Shown here in pieces: positions 1 through 64,000 of a stretch of DNA of 64,000 bases. The notes beneath the pieces were generated by a model. It saw only the letters and a program-made list of their open reading frames with translations, did not search any database and was not told where the DNA came from. Position 1 is the stretch's first letter. Each line of letters starts with the position of its first letter. Source of the DNA: Octopus sinensis (taxonomy: Eukaryota); contig NC_043023.1 of NCBI RefSeq assembly GCF_006345805.1, forward strand, positions 5,332,001 to 5,396,000, read 5' to 3'. The translations under genes and the position numbers were made by a program.

Positions 1-28
1 CCGAAACTTCCCATTCACAAAATTCTAG

Positions 29-62672
<62,644 letters not shown>

Positions 62673-63309
62673 GTAATTGACAAAACTAAAGGTACGAAAC
62701 ACAAAAGAGAAAGAATAATAATTATTATTAATATTGTTATTGTTTTAATTATGATAGTCATAATTAATAACATCAATAATATTAATTAATATTATTATTA
62801 TTATTGTTATTGTTAAACTGCAAGAAAAATATATATATATATCATGTTAATAAAAATATGTATATATATATATAAGCTTATTCAAAGAGTTTCTTGCATG
62901 AATATATAATATATATTATATATAAAGTAGATTCATTCAACACACTTACACACTTACAGTAGTGTATTATTTAATAATTAATGTTAATTAATCAATCAAT
63001 TCCTTCATTCAATATACATCCATTTGTTCATTTACAATTTTTTCTCTTCTGGCTGTCGCTGCTTTGATAAGCTTGTGATGATGGACCTTGCAATGAACTT
63101 GTCACACAGGTTCCAATTTAACTCTTGGCTTTTTTTGGCATTTCAGAACGCTCTCCTTTGTTCAGACGATTATTATTATTATTTTTTTTTACTCTTCGTT
63201 CGTTTCTGAGCAATAGTAGTTGTAGTAGTCACTTATCAATGCTATTATTGTTGTTAATAATTATTGTTGTTTTCATTTCCGCTTTACTTTATAGTTACAC
63301 ATTTATATA

Positions 63310-63356
<47 letters not shown>

Positions 63357-64000
63357 TATATGCATTCACATACACATACATATATATAACAAGTATACTT
63401 GTTAATTTTTCAGCTATAGTAGTTGCTTCTCAATGTTTTTTAAAACAAAAAAAATACAATGGCATAGTATTTTTATTGTTGTTGTTGCTTATTCATAATT
63501 TTTTCTTCATTCATATCACCAACCATGTTTTTTTGTCTATTTTATATATTTTTGTTTTATTCTCTTGTTTTTTGCAATTATCCATCATTACATTTATCTA
63601 CATACAATGGAGTTACAAACTGGACCTGTAAACCCAAAACAATTGTCCGTCATATCTCCCTCAAATCATATCTTGCTTTCTTAAAAAATGGTACATGTTA
63701 CAATTTAGTCCTAGATATGCTATGTCTGGAATAAGAAATGGGGTTGCCACGGATGGAACATCTTTGAATCAGGGCCAAGCAAGTCAGAAACAAAAGCAAA
63801 TAAATAAATGCAGTGACAATATATACACATATATATATATATATATGTGATGCTGTCAGAGGAATATTATTCATAAGTTAGAAAAAACCTCACTCATGAT
63901 AAGATAATACAGTGAGGATATTGATAGTTTTATAAATCAAAAACTATTTCCAGCCAGAATATTCCTGGATGTCTTCGGAATTGTTTTACTTAAAAACTGA

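Noticed and set aside
63110-63830. Candidate terminal exon (acceptors before 63110 or 63147; AATAAA near 63800)
   Set aside because: There is no convincing coding tail or clear boundary, and the true last exon may lie beyond the window

Overview
This is eukaryotic, AT-rich, microsatellite-dense genomic DNA, most likely from an octopus (inferred from my recollection of squid myosin sequence and cephalopod SINE families). The whole window lies inside one + strand gene, a striated-muscle myosin II heavy chain (MHC), which lacks roughly the first 210 codons. I walked GT-AG boundaries by hand and recovered 33 exon positions whose phases join into one open frame: E1a-E32 is 5172 nt, or 1724 codons. 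The frame covers switch I, switch II, relay, loop 2, SH1/SH2, converter, two IQ motifs and the coiled-coil rod. The locus looks like an isoform generator. It has three tandem switch-I exons, two exons after loop 2, two S2/LMM hinge exons and two stop-containing tailpiece exons. It also has a 217-codon alternative first exon inside a 13.2-kb intron, which would splice onto the rod to give a headless catchin/myorod-like protein, although cephalopods are not known for catch muscle. Introns hold SINEs, two piggyBac-type MITEs, a deleted mariner and decayed CRE-like and R4/Dong-like retrotransposon ends. Most entries in the ORF track are microsatellite artefacts.
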